Notes: generated by a model not told the origin, from the sequence alone. A DNA stretch of 64,000 nt from Oceanispirochaeta sp. (GCA_963666275.2 CAXXOA010000002.1:1920001-1984000); one strand, 5' to 3'. Counted from the first letter of the stretch, positions 20,624-30,182 are shown. Program-made: numbers and translations.

Positions 20624-20913
20624 TTAAGCGGACTATTAAGAATGTGGTGGATTATAAAGATGCTATCAGCGAGGTGATACGCTAGGCTAAAGCTGATGGG
20701 TATGAAGGGATTGCTCTTGTTGGAGAGAGTGACTTTGAGTTTATTGTTGAGCATCAGTGTTATAAAATGAATATTCCATATAAATTTATAGAGAATCCAG
20801 AGGGTAACTCTATAAAGGGATGGTACAGGTTCATTGCTGAATCTGCACCATCCGAATCTCTGAAGAGAGAACTGAATAATAAGTTCAACTTAAAAAGATT
20901 AATTGTTAGTTGA

Positions 20914-21198
20914 AGTGATTTTGATTTTATTAGGCAAATGCTCGCAATTTATTGCGAGTAAATCATAATTGCCGCTTTGGGGCGGTCATGACTTAACAAG
21001 GTTCTTCGAGCTTGCTCGGCGGTTCTTATCATTGAGCATCTTTGCTACAAGATGAGTATGCCATTTATTTCTTTGGAAGATCCTGAAGATGGTTTGTCAT
21101 CCGAACAATATCGATTTATTGCAGAGACTTTTGAAACTAATGGTTTGAAAGAAGAACTTGCTGATGAGTTTTTTTTAAAGAGGTCGATTATAGGGTAA
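20914..21198 (+). pseudogene. 3' fragment of wHTH regulator (copy E)
   Basis: SDFDFI-[insertion]-IEHLCYKM...YRFIAET...DEFFLKRSIIG* aligns to the C-terminus of copy B. Confidence 0.85.
20932..21030 (+). mobile_element. Fifth structured mini-element (99 nt)
   Basis: AGGC..TGCTCGCAAT-TT-ATTGCGAGTA..GCCGC..CTTAACAAGGTTCTTCGAGCTTGCTCGGCGGTTCTTATC, inserted after TATT. Confidence 0.78.
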
Positions 21199-21441
21199 TA
21201 TTCTTTAAATTATTATCCTGAATATTAGGGATATTATGATAAGTGAGGGGAATACTAAAAAAGTGAAAGGTTTATATTGTCAAATTATAGAAAAAATACT
21301 TTAAATTCATCACTTGAAGAGCTATCAGGTGATTGTCTTTTAAGAAGATTTTGAATTGGGAAAAATATTATCTAATTGTTGAAATATAATTTATTTTGAG
21401 ATATTTGAATATTTATAGAGAAGAAGGTAGGTGTAAAGGTT

Positions 21442-22440
21442 ATGTTAAAGAATTCGACTATTTTAATAACTGGAGGAACTGGTTCATTTGGTCATAAATT
21501 TATTGAAATGACTTTAGAAAAATATAATCCAAAGAAAATAATCATATATTCAAGAGATGAAATGAAGCAGTGGAATATGGCAGCGAATTTTAATAATGAT
21601 CCTCGATTAAGGTTTTTTATAGGTGATGTAAGAGATAAAGAAAGACTTTATAGAGCATTAGATGGGGTGGATTATGTTGTACATGCTGCTGCTACAAAAA
21701 TTGTTCCAACAGCTGAGTATAATCCTTTTGAATGTATCAAAACAAATATTCATGGTGCTATGAATCTTATTGATGCTTGTATTGATAAAAACATTAAAAG
21801 AGTTGTTGCATTAAGTACTGATAAGGCATGTAATCCTATTAACTTATATGGTGCTACAAAACTTGCCTCTGATAAGGTATTTGTAGCTGGAAATTCTTAT
21901 TCTGGAGAACATCGAACTAGATTTTCTGTTGTACGTTATGGAAATGTTATGGGTAGTAGAGGTTCTGTTATACCTTTTTTCATGAACAAAAAGAAAGAAG
22001 GGACACTACCAATTACTGATGAGAGAATGACTCGTTTTATGATAACTCTGGATCAGGGAGTTGAACTGGTTTGGACTGCTTTTGAAGATGCTGAAGGCGG
22101 AGAAATCTATGTTAAGAAGATTCCTTCCATGAAAGTTACAGATCTTGCAAAAACTATTGCACCGGAAGCTGAATTGGAATATGTAGGTATCCGTCCTGGT
22201 GAAAAACTTCATGAAATCATGATAAGTGTTGAAGATGCCATGTTTACTTATGAATACGATGATTATTATAAAATTCTTCCTGCTATACATGAATGGTATT
22301 CAGATGAAAACAGAATCAAGGATGGAAAAAAGGTGCCCGAAGGATTTTCCTACTCAAGTGACAACAATCAGGAGTGGATGGAAAGTCGGGAGTTATCCAG
22401 TTGGATTGAGAGTGAATTCGAAAAGATGGTAAAGGTCTGA
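21442..22440 (+). CDS. pseB: UDP-GlcNAc 4,6-dehydratase (inverting)
   Basis: ITGGTGSFG, SRDEMKQ, HAAATKIVPTAEYNPFEC, STDKA, YGATK, RYGNVMGSRGSV. Confidence 0.95.
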   Translation: MLKNSTILITGGTGSFGHKFIEMTLEKYNPKKIIIYSRDEMKQWNMAANFNNDPRLRFFIGDVRDKERLYRALDGVDYVVHAAATKIVPTAEYNPFECIKTNIHGAMNLIDACIDKNIKRVVALSTDKACNPINLYGATKLASDKVFVAGNSYSGEHRTRFSVVRYGNVMGSRGSVIPFFMNKKKEGTLPITDERMTRFMITLDQGVELVWTAFEDAEGGEIYVKKIPSMKVTDLAKTIAPEAELEYVGIRPGEKLHEIMISVEDAMFTYEYDDYYKILPAIHEWYSDENRIKDGKKVPEGFSYSSDNNQEWMESRELSSWIESEFEKMVKV

Positions 22441-22453
22441 TTGAGGGAATATT

Positions 22454-23608
22454 ATGATACCGTACGGAAGACAGAGTATTACAGATGAAGATATCCTTTC
22501 GGTTGTAAATCAATTGAAATCAGACTTCCTGACCCAAGGTCCGGCTATAGTCAAGTTTGAAGAAGATATTTGTCGCTATACTGGTGCTGAATATTGTGTT
22601 GCACTTGCAAATGGGACGGCAGCTTTGCATTTGGCTGTCGCCGCACTAATCTCAACTGGAAGAATACTGTCTGGTTCAGAAGGTATTACAACGCCTATTA
22701 CCTTCGCTGCTTCTTCCAATGCTATGTTGTATAATGATATTACACCCCGATTTGCTGACATCGATGAAAACACATATAATATTGATCCCAGTGAAGTAAT
22801 GAAAGGGATTAATGAGAAAACATCATTACTGATACCTGTTCATTTTGCTGGACAGGTTGCAGATATGGAAGTTATTTCAGAATTGGCCCGGTCAAATAAT
22901 TTGTCGGTGGTTGAAGATGCAGCACATGCAATAGGCTCAGATTATAAAAACGGGAAAAAGGTTGGTTGCTGTTGCTATTCTGATATGACAATTTTCTCCT
23001 TTCATCCGGTAAAAACGGTAACAACTGGAGAAGGGGGTGCTATCACCACCAATTCTAAAGAGTTGTACGAAGCTCTCCTTTTGTTACGATCTCACGGCTT
23101 AACTAAAGATCCAAGTAAACTCAAGGCTAATCCAGGTCCTTGGTACTACGAAATGCAAGAATTAGGTTTCAATTATCGCCTTACAGATATTCAGGCTGCT
23201 CTCGGAAGTTCTCAGTTAAAACGTCTAGATGAGTTTAAAGCAAGAAGACGGGATATTGTTTCGAAATATAATGATGCATTTCAATATCTGGATTGGTTGA
23301 AAACGCCTTATGAGGCTGATGGTCTTTCATCTTGTTTTCACCTGTATGTTGCCTGGTTCGATTTAGCAAAATTGAAAATGAACAGAAAGCAGTTGATGGA
23401 GATGTTGAGAGAGAAAGGTGTTGGTACTCAGGTTCATTATATACCTGTATATTCTCAGCCATACTATATTAATAAATACGGTGATCAGAAAGATAAATTC
23501 CCTGTTGCCGAGGATTATTATGCAGGGTGTCTGAGTTTACCTCTTTTCCCTGCTATGATAGATGAAGATGTTGCTAAAGTTATTGATGTTGTCTCAGGAC
23601 TGATGTAG
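22454..23608 (+). CDS. pseC: UDP-4-amino-4,6-dideoxy-N-acetyl-beta-L-altrosamine transaminase
   Basis: MIPYGRQ, LTQGP, EDAAHA, SFHPVK..TTGEGG, LGFNYR; follows pseB. Confidence 0.93.
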   Translation: MIPYGRQSITDEDILSVVNQLKSDFLTQGPAIVKFEEDICRYTGAEYCVALANGTAALHLAVAALISTGRILSGSEGITTPITFAASSNAMLYNDITPRFADIDENTYNIDPSEVMKGINEKTSLLIPVHFAGQVADMEVISELARSNNLSVVEDAAHAIGSDYKNGKKVGCCCYSDMTIFSFHPVKTVTTGEGGAITTNSKELYEALLLLRSHGLTKDPSKLKANPGPWYYEMQELGFNYRLTDIQAALGSSQLKRLDEFKARRRDIVSKYNDAFQYLDWLKTPYEADGLSSCFHLYVAWFDLAKLKMNRKQLMEMLREKGVGTQVHYIPVYSQPYYINKYGDQKDKFPVAEDYYAGCLSLPLFPAMIDEDVAKVIDVVSGLM

Positions 23609-24484
23609 ATGAAATTTACATTGGGGACAGTTCAATTCGGTCTTGATTATGGTGTTGCCAATTCAAATGGTAAACCAAATCAGGAGGCTGTGTATAGACT
23701 GCTGGATCGTGCTGTTGATTTGAATATTGACTATCTCGATACGGCTATGGCCTATGGGGATAGTCAGAAAGTTCTTGGGAATTGGTATACAGATAAAGAG
23801 AAACCTCCTGTTATCAGTAAAGTAAATCAACTGACTCCCGGCCAGGACGAAAATGGTTATTATTCAGAACTTTGCAATAAACTAAGTATCATTTTTAATG
23901 AACTTCAATGTGATCATATCAATGGTTTAATGCTTCATTACTACTATCTTCTTGAAGAAGGAGGAGATGCTCTCTATAAAGCATTGATGCGGCTGAAGAA
24001 TGAAGGTTTTGTAGATGAGGTAGGAGTTTCTTTATATACAGGGGAAGAACTGCGTAAAGCTCTAGTTTACGAAGAATTGACAATCTTTCAGTGTCCCATG
24101 AATCTTTTCGATAATCCGCTTTTGGGAATAAATGTACAAAACAAGAAGATTTTTGTTCGATCCGTTTACCTGCAGGGATTATTTTTCTTATCTCCTGAAG
24201 AAGCAGAAAGTAAAGTTCCTGAGTCTGGTCAATATTTGAAAAAACTATTGAAGATAGCTGAGCGTGAAGGTCTTGCTTCGGCTGAATTGGCATTTCGTTA
24301 TGTTTTAAGTGAACCTAATGTGTACAGCCTTGTGCTCGGTGTGGATAATGAGCAGCAATTACTAGAGAATTGTCAGAATATTAAGCTTTCTCCTTTATCA
24401 GAGGAACTCAGAAGTGAGCTTAATAGTGTTTTTAAAGATGTTCCCGAAAAAGTAAAAAATCCCTCATTGTGGAGTAAAGAATGA
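23609..24484 (+). CDS. Aldo/keto reductase
   Basis: LGTVQFG..YG, LDTA..YG, catalytic K and LH, GVSLY, RSVYLQG. Confidence 0.88.
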   Translation: MKFTLGTVQFGLDYGVANSNGKPNQEAVYRLLDRAVDLNIDYLDTAMAYGDSQKVLGNWYTDKEKPPVISKVNQLTPGQDENGYYSELCNKLSIIFNELQCDHINGLMLHYYYLLEEGGDALYKALMRLKNEGFVDEVGVSLYTGEELRKALVYEELTIFQCPMNLFDNPLLGINVQNKKIFVRSVYLQGLFFLSPEEAESKVPESGQYLKKLLKIAEREGLASAELAFRYVLSEPNVYSLVLGVDNEQQLLENCQNIKLSPLSEELRSELNSVFKDVPEKVKNPSLWSKE

Positions 24485-26508
24485 AAATACTCGCTATTGT
24501 TCAGGCCAGGATGGGTTCAACACGCCTTCCTAATAAAGTTATGCAGGATATTTGTGGTAAGCCTGCAATTCAGCATGTTCTAGAACGTCTTAATCGTTCA
24601 AATAAAATCGAAAAAATAGTTCTTGCTACTTCAGTAAACCAGGAGAATGATAAATTGGAAAAATTTGTTAATTCTCTTGGATTCAACGTTTACCGTGGCG
24701 ATGAACTGGATGTTTTGGATCGCTTTTATAAAGCAGCTGAACAATATAAACCGGAATCAGTTGTTCGGATTACTGGAGATTGTCCTTTGATTGATCCGGA
24801 AGTCGTTGATCAGGTAATTAGTTACTATGAAGAGAATGGAGCAGCCGATTATGTTTCCAATATTGATCCTCCAAGTTTTCCCGATGGTCTAGATACGGAG
24901 GTCTTTTCTTTTGATTCTCTTGAAAAAGCTTGGATTAATGCTAAGAAAAAGCGTGAAAGAGAACATGTTACTCCATACCTCAGGGAAAATGATCTATTTA
25001 GTAAAAAGAACTTTTTGAATAATGTTGATTATTCAAAGGAACGATGGACACTTGATGATAAAGATGATTTATTATTGATTAGGAAAATTTTTGAAAAATT
25101 TGATGATAATATGTTTTCAATGAAAAATATATTGTCATTGAAAGAGGATAATCCTGATTTTTTTAAAGATAATATCCATTCAATCAGAAATGAAGGAGCT
25201 GATATGGGAAGTGGACAGAAACTATGGACCCGTGCTAAACAGATCATTCCTGGAGGTAATTCTTTACTCTCTAAGAGAAGTGAAATGTTTTTACCGGGAA
25301 ATTGGCCTTCTTATTATAAAAAAGCAGAAGGTTATACCGTTTGGGACTTGGATGGTAATGAGTATAAAGATTTCTGTATTATGGGGATTGGTACAAATAC
25401 TTTAGGGTATGCACGTAAAGAAGTGAATGATGCTGTTAAAAAAGCGATAGATGATAGTACTTGTTCAACCCTCAGCTGTTATGAAGAGGTGTATCTTGCA
25501 GAGAAGCTTATAAATATGCACCCATGGGCAGACCAGGTTCGGTATAGTAGAACCGGTGGAGAAGCTTGTGCTATAGCAATCAGAATTGCACGGGCTGCAT
25601 CTGGTAAAGATAAAGTAGCATTTTGCGGATATCATGGCTGGCATGACTGGTATTTGTCTTCGAATCTTGCAGATGACAGTAATTTGAATTCTATGCTTAT
25701 TGCTGGACTTGATCCTGCTGGTGTACCCTCCGGGCTTGCTGGCTCTGCAATTCCCTTTGAGTACAATAATCTTACACAACTGAAGAATATTATTTCTCAA
25801 GGTAATGTTGGCGTTATCATGATGGAGCCATTCAGGAATAAAGAACCTGAAGATGATTTCCTACAAGAAGTTCGAAAATTAGCAACTGATAACAATATTG
25901 TATTGATATTTGATGAGGTAACGGCTGCTTTTAGAAAGAATTTTGGCGGTTTACATTTAACAATGGGTGTTGAACCTGATATGGCTGTATTTGGGAAAGC
26001 CCTTGGTAATGGCTTTGCGCAATCAGCTGTTATCGGTAAAAAAGAGGTTATGGAAGCTTCTCAAAAGACATTTATCAGTAGTACATATTGGACGGAAAGA
26101 ACAGGTCCCGTAGCAGCACTTGAAACATTGCGGATAATGGAAGAGGAAAAATCATTTGAACAGATTGATACAATTGGAAAGTACATTAACAAGAAATGGT
26201 TGGCTCTTGGAGAAGAATATAATCTTGATCTTCACGTGGAAGGTTTACCTTCTATAAGTCATTTTGCTTTTAATGAAGATAATCTAGAGCGTAAAACATA
26301 TATTACACAGGAAATGTTGAAAAGAGGTTATCTAGCGTCTAATAGTTTCTATATTAGTAATGCCCATGATGAGAAGAGTGCTGATCTTTATTTGAATAAT
26401 TTGGGGGAAGTCTTTTCTGAAATATCAGAATTTAGAGAGAAAAGTATCAATCTACTAGAAAAACTTGATGGTGATATATGTCATAGTGGATTTCAAAGGT
26501 TGAATTGA
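24481..26508 (+). CDS. SpsF-type cytidylyltransferase fused to class-III (GSA-like) aminotransferase
   Basis: N-term QARMGSTRLPNK, RITGDCPLID, REHVTPY; C-term GYHGW, LIFDEV, FGKALGNG, SSTYW. Confidence 0.9.
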   Translation: MKILAIVQARMGSTRLPNKVMQDICGKPAIQHVLERLNRSNKIEKIVLATSVNQENDKLEKFVNSLGFNVYRGDELDVLDRFYKAAEQYKPESVVRITGDCPLIDPEVVDQVISYYEENGAADYVSNIDPPSFPDGLDTEVFSFDSLEKAWINAKKKREREHVTPYLRENDLFSKKNFLNNVDYSKERWTLDDKDDLLLIRKIFEKFDDNMFSMKNILSLKEDNPDFFKDNIHSIRNEGADMGSGQKLWTRAKQIIPGGNSLLSKRSEMFLPGNWPSYYKKAEGYTVWDLDGNEYKDFCIMGIGTNTLGYARKEVNDAVKKAIDDSTCSTLSCYEEVYLAEKLINMHPWADQVRYSRTGGEACAIAIRIARAASGKDKVAFCGYHGWHDWYLSSNLADDSNLNSMLIAGLDPAGVPSGLAGSAIPFEYNNLTQLKNIISQGNVGVIMMEPFRNKEPEDDFLQEVRKLATDNNIVLIFDEVTAAFRKNFGGLHLTMGVEPDMAVFGKALGNGFAQSAVIGKKEVMEASQKTFISSTYWTERTGPVAALETLRIMEEEKSFEQIDTIGKYINKKWLALGEEYNLDLHVEGLPSISHFAFNEDNLERKTYITQEMLKRGYLASNSFYISNAHDEKSADLYLNNLGEVFSEISEFREKSINLLEKLDGDICHSGFQRLN

Positions 26509-26510
26509 AT

Positions 26511-27290
26511 ATGAAAATAGGCTTAAAAATTTGGTCTATTAATGAACACTATCTAGAAGAAGTAAGGCGTCTTCTCAGGAATAATACCATTGATTATATC
26601 GAGTTGTTTTCTGTACCTAACAGTTTTGGAGACTCTATTCGTCATTGGATCGAATTGAAAGAAGAAACTGGTGTAAATTTCATTATCCATGCGCCACACT
26701 TTATGCAAGGTTTAAACTTTGCAAAAAAGGACGCATGGTCAATTAATGAAAAGCTTTCTAAAGAAGCATTCTCATTTGCGGATCAACTAGGTAGTAGTTA
26801 TGTTATATTTCATCCTGGATGTAATGGACAAGAAGAGGAAACAGCAAGACAAATTAGTAAGTTAGATGATTCTAGAATTGTTCTCGAAAATAAACCCAAG
26901 AAAGGTATTGATGGAGTAATCAAATGTAATGGTTATAGTCCTGAGCTTATTGAACGAATACTAATTAAGACAGGTTGTCATTTCTGTTTGGATTTTAGTC
27001 ATGCAATATGCGCTGCAAATAGTTTGAAACAGGATCCTATACAATATCTTAATGAATTTAATTGTTTAGGACCAGCAATGTATCATATTTGTGATGGAGA
27101 TTGGCAGAGTGAGATAGATTCCCATCAGAATATTGGAAAAGGAAATTACCCTTTTACAAAATTAGTAAGTCTGATGGATTTATCAAGGCCAATATCATTA
27201 GAGACCCAAAAAGATCCTGAGCATCTGAGAGATTTTGAAAATGATGTTGTAAGATTTCAGGATATGGTTAAACTCAATGAAAGAAAATAA
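26511..27290 (+). CDS. TIM-barrel metalloenzyme (AP-endonuclease-2/xylose-isomerase-like)
   Basis: HAPH, FHPG, LENKP, LDFSH, YHICDG, DSH, LET metal-ligand pattern. Confidence 0.8.
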   Translation: MKIGLKIWSINEHYLEEVRRLLRNNTIDYIELFSVPNSFGDSIRHWIELKEETGVNFIIHAPHFMQGLNFAKKDAWSINEKLSKEAFSFADQLGSSYVIFHPGCNGQEEETARQISKLDDSRIVLENKPKKGIDGVIKCNGYSPELIERILIKTGCHFCLDFSHAICAANSLKQDPIQYLNEFNCLGPAMYHICDGDWQSEIDSHQNIGKGNYPFTKLVSLMDLSRPISLETQKDPEHLRDFENDVVRFQDMVKLNERK

Positions 27291-27768
27291 AATAAATTTA
27301 ATTAATTACATTAATATGAATTTAAATGAATCGTTACTTGTGTTGGAGTGGCGAAATAGCAAATCTGTTCGGAAACAAATGGATAATCCTGATATAATAT
27401 CAAAAGAGAAACATTTCAAGTTTCTAAATTATCTTCATAATAATAAAAAAAAAATCTATTTTCTAGTAAAACGCAATGATGAGTATATTGGTTGTATAAA
27501 TTATCAAGATATTTATGATAATGATAAAGCAGAATTAGGATTGTTTATTAATCCAAAAATGCAAGGGAAAGGGATTGGAACTTTATTAATTAAATTGATT
27601 GAAGATTATGCTGTCGAAAATCTCGGATTGCAATTCTTGGTATTAAAAGTTAGAAGAGATAACAATCAAGCAATTAAACTATATAAAAAACAATCATATC
27701 TACAATATAGTATAGATAAAAATTTCTTATATATGAAAAAAAAATTGTCAGAGGACGTTATAGAATGA
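27277..27768 (+). CDS. pseH: GNAT N-acetyltransferase (PseH-like)
   Basis: VLEWRN...VR..M....IS.E.H, QGKGIG, N.AI.LYKK; directly before pseI. Confidence 0.8.
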   Translation: MKENKINLINYINMNLNESLLVLEWRNSKSVRKQMDNPDIISKEKHFKFLNYLHNNKKKIYFLVKRNDEYIGCINYQDIYDNDKAELGLFINPKMQGKGIGTLLIKLIEDYAVENLGLQFLVLKVRRDNNQAIKLYKKQSYLQYSIDKNFLYMKKKLSEDVIE

Positions 27769-28787
27769 GAAATTCATGTTTTATTATAGCAGAACTCTCA
27801 GCAAATCATAATCAGAATAAGCAAGTTGCAATTGATAGTATTAAGGCAATAGGTCAAACTGGTGTCGATGCTGTCAAAATACAGTCCTACACCCCCGATT
27901 CTATAACTTTAGACTGTGATAATGAATATTTCAGAATTAACCAGGGAACAATCTGGGATGGAACTACACTTTATAAGTTGTACGAATCAGCTTTTACGCC
28001 ATATGAATGGTATGATGAATTAAGAAATTGTGCAGAAGCTGAGGGATTGAAGTTTTTTTCCTCTCCTTTTGATCAAGCTGCAGTAGATTTTTTGGAAAGT
28101 AAGAATGCTCCCCTTTATAAAATAGCTAGTTTTGAAATAACTGATATACCTTTGATTGAGTATACTGCATCAAAAGGAAAGCCTATGATTATTTCAACAG
28201 GGATCGCAACTATTGGAGAAATTCAGGAAGCCGTAGAAGCATGTAGAAGAGAAAAAAACCACGATATAACTCTACTATATTGTGTTTCAAGCTACCCCGC
28301 AAAGCCTGAGGAATTTAATCTTAAAACTATGCAGAATCTAAAAGAAACCTTCGATGTAAAAATAGGTCTATCTGATCATTCTTTAAATAATGATATAGCA
28401 ATATCTTCAGTAGCTCTTGGTGCAAAAGTTGTTGAGAAGCATTTTATTTTGGAAAGAACTCTCGGGGGACCCGATGCTGCATTTAGTCTTGAACCTAGTC
28501 AATTTAAGAAATTAGTTAGTTCTATCAGAACAGTTGAAAAAGCTCTTGGTCATGTTAATTATTCAATATCTGAAGCAAAAAAACGGAATAGAAATTTTTC
28601 TAGATCACTATTTGCAATTACGGATATAAAGAAGGGTGAGCTCTTTTCAGATGACAATATTCGCTCTATTAGACCTGGAAACGGGATTGCACCAAAATAT
28701 AAAAATGAAATTAAAGGAAAGTGTGCTAATGATGATATTAGTAGAGGTACTCCTTTGTCATGGGATTTAATTAAAAATAATGAATAG
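27765..28787 (+). CDS. pseI: Pseudaminic acid synthase
   Basis: IIAELSANHN, YKIASFEITD, ISTG, GLSDH, EKHF, GGPDAAFS, C-terminal SAF domain. Confidence 0.93.
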   Translation: MRNSCFIIAELSANHNQNKQVAIDSIKAIGQTGVDAVKIQSYTPDSITLDCDNEYFRINQGTIWDGTTLYKLYESAFTPYEWYDELRNCAEAEGLKFFSSPFDQAAVDFLESKNAPLYKIASFEITDIPLIEYTASKGKPMIISTGIATIGEIQEAVEACRREKNHDITLLYCVSSYPAKPEEFNLKTMQNLKETFDVKIGLSDHSLNNDIAISSVALGAKVVEKHFILERTLGGPDAAFSLEPSQFKKLVSSIRTVEKALGHVNYSISEAKKRNRNFSRSLFAITDIKKGELFSDDNIRSIRPGNGIAPKYKNEIKGKCANDDISRGTPLSWDLIKNNE

Positions 28788-30180
28788 TATCTTAAAAAAA
28801 ATTTCATATACCTATCTGATAAATTTTTTAGATATATTTTTTGCATTTTTTTCAATTTATTTATTAACCAATAATCTATCTATTCAAACCTATGGCGACT
28901 ATAATTATTTAATTAGTATTATAGGATTTACAATTACTTTTATTTCATTTGGATTAAGTTTATATAATTATAAAGAAATAACAGGCAAAGATAATGATTT
29001 GCAGTATTCTATTTTCAAAAGTTCTATTTCAATACAGCTATTAATTTTTTTCTTTTCAATTGTTATCTTATACTCCTTTTTATTAACAGAATATGATTTT
29101 ACTATTCAAATTATTATTTATGTATTGATTTTTTTTACGTTTTTAAATAATGAGTTTGCAAAATTTATTGGACTGAAATTGAAAATTGTAGAAAAAAATA
29201 TTTTAACTTTTATCGAACTAAGATTTTGGTTAATAATATTTTTTTTAATAAAGAAAGATTCTTTATTACAGATATTTTATTCAAAAAATTTAATTAGTAT
29301 CATTGTTTTTTTGGTATATATAATATTTTTTATAGATATTAAAAAAATTTTTAAAAGTAAATCAAATAATATTAAAAAAGCATTTACCAGTGGTTTAATA
29401 TTTATATTAATGGACTTAGGTTATTATATTCTTGAATTAGGTGATAGAGTTGTTATTAAGGCAATGTTGGATTCATATTATTTAGGTCAATACTCATTTG
29501 CATATAATTGGATAAGATTAATAGGTAAATTTAGTTTATTAATAATATATATAGTTCAACCTTATTTTAAAATTTTTCATGACAATAAAGATTCTTTTAG
29601 AAATATAATAAATATTGTTTATAAAATAGCTATTTTATTTTCCATTTGTTGTTCCATATATCTGAATTTTAATTATGAAATTATAACAAATCTTGTAAGT
29701 AAAGCTGAATACATCAAATCAAAAGAAATTTATATGATTTTATCTTTATTTCCAATTTTTTTAGTAACTGCTACTATATTACAACTTTTATTAATTCTTG
29801 AGAATGAAAAAAATAAAGTAGCTATAGCTTATCTAATTGTATCAATATTAAATATACTGTTAAATATTTTGTTTATCAAAATGTTTGGAATTATAGGACC
29901 TGCGATTATTACTTCATTCTCATATATGATTTTAGCTTTATATTTTTATATGCTTCATAAGAAATATATAAAAATATTCAGTTTAGGAAAATTATTAACA
30001 ACTCTACTAAAAATTCTATTATTAGCGATAATATTTTATTTGATATCATATATTCATTCTTTTATATTAAACATTTTAATTAGTTTCATTGTCGGTATTG
30101 GTTATCTGCTAGTATCAAATATTATTAAAATAAGTGAAGTTGAAATGCTATTTATTACAATAAATAGAGAGGGGAAGTAA
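28780..30180 (+). CDS. wzx: Oligosaccharide flippase
   Basis: Many TM helices, YG.Y near N-terminus, DR...LG.YS motif; position in cluster. Confidence 0.82.
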   Translation: MNSILKKISYTYLINFLDIFFAFFSIYLLTNNLSIQTYGDYNYLISIIGFTITFISFGLSLYNYKEITGKDNDLQYSIFKSSISIQLLIFFFSIVILYSFLLTEYDFTIQIIIYVLIFFTFLNNEFAKFIGLKLKIVEKNILTFIELRFWLIIFFLIKKDSLLQIFYSKNLISIIVFLVYIIFFIDIKKIFKSKSNNIKKAFTSGLIFILMDLGYYILELGDRVVIKAMLDSYYLGQYSFAYNWIRLIGKFSLLIIYIVQPYFKIFHDNKDSFRNIINIVYKIAILFSICCSIYLNFNYEIITNLVSKAEYIKSKEIYMILSLFPIFLVTATILQLLLILENEKNKVAIAYLIVSILNILLNILFIKMFGIIGPAIITSFSYMILALYFYMLHKKYIKIFSLGKLLTTLLKILLLAIIFYLISYIHSFILNILISFIVGIGYLLVSNIIKISEVEMLFITINREGK

Positions 30181-30182
30181 AA

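Larger units (their letters stand above)
19971..20913 (+). pseudogene. wHTH regulator copy D, disrupted
   Basis: Colinear with 18668-19207 but has insertions at 20109-20336 and 20425-20623 and a CAG>TAG stop at 20683. Confidence 0.9.

Noticed and set aside
20109..21030. Integron attC sites or CRISPR repeats
   Set aside because: No RYYYAAC/GTTRRRY box pair bounding a single long hairpin, no integrase in the window, and the elements interrupt a gene rather than separate cassettes or spacers.
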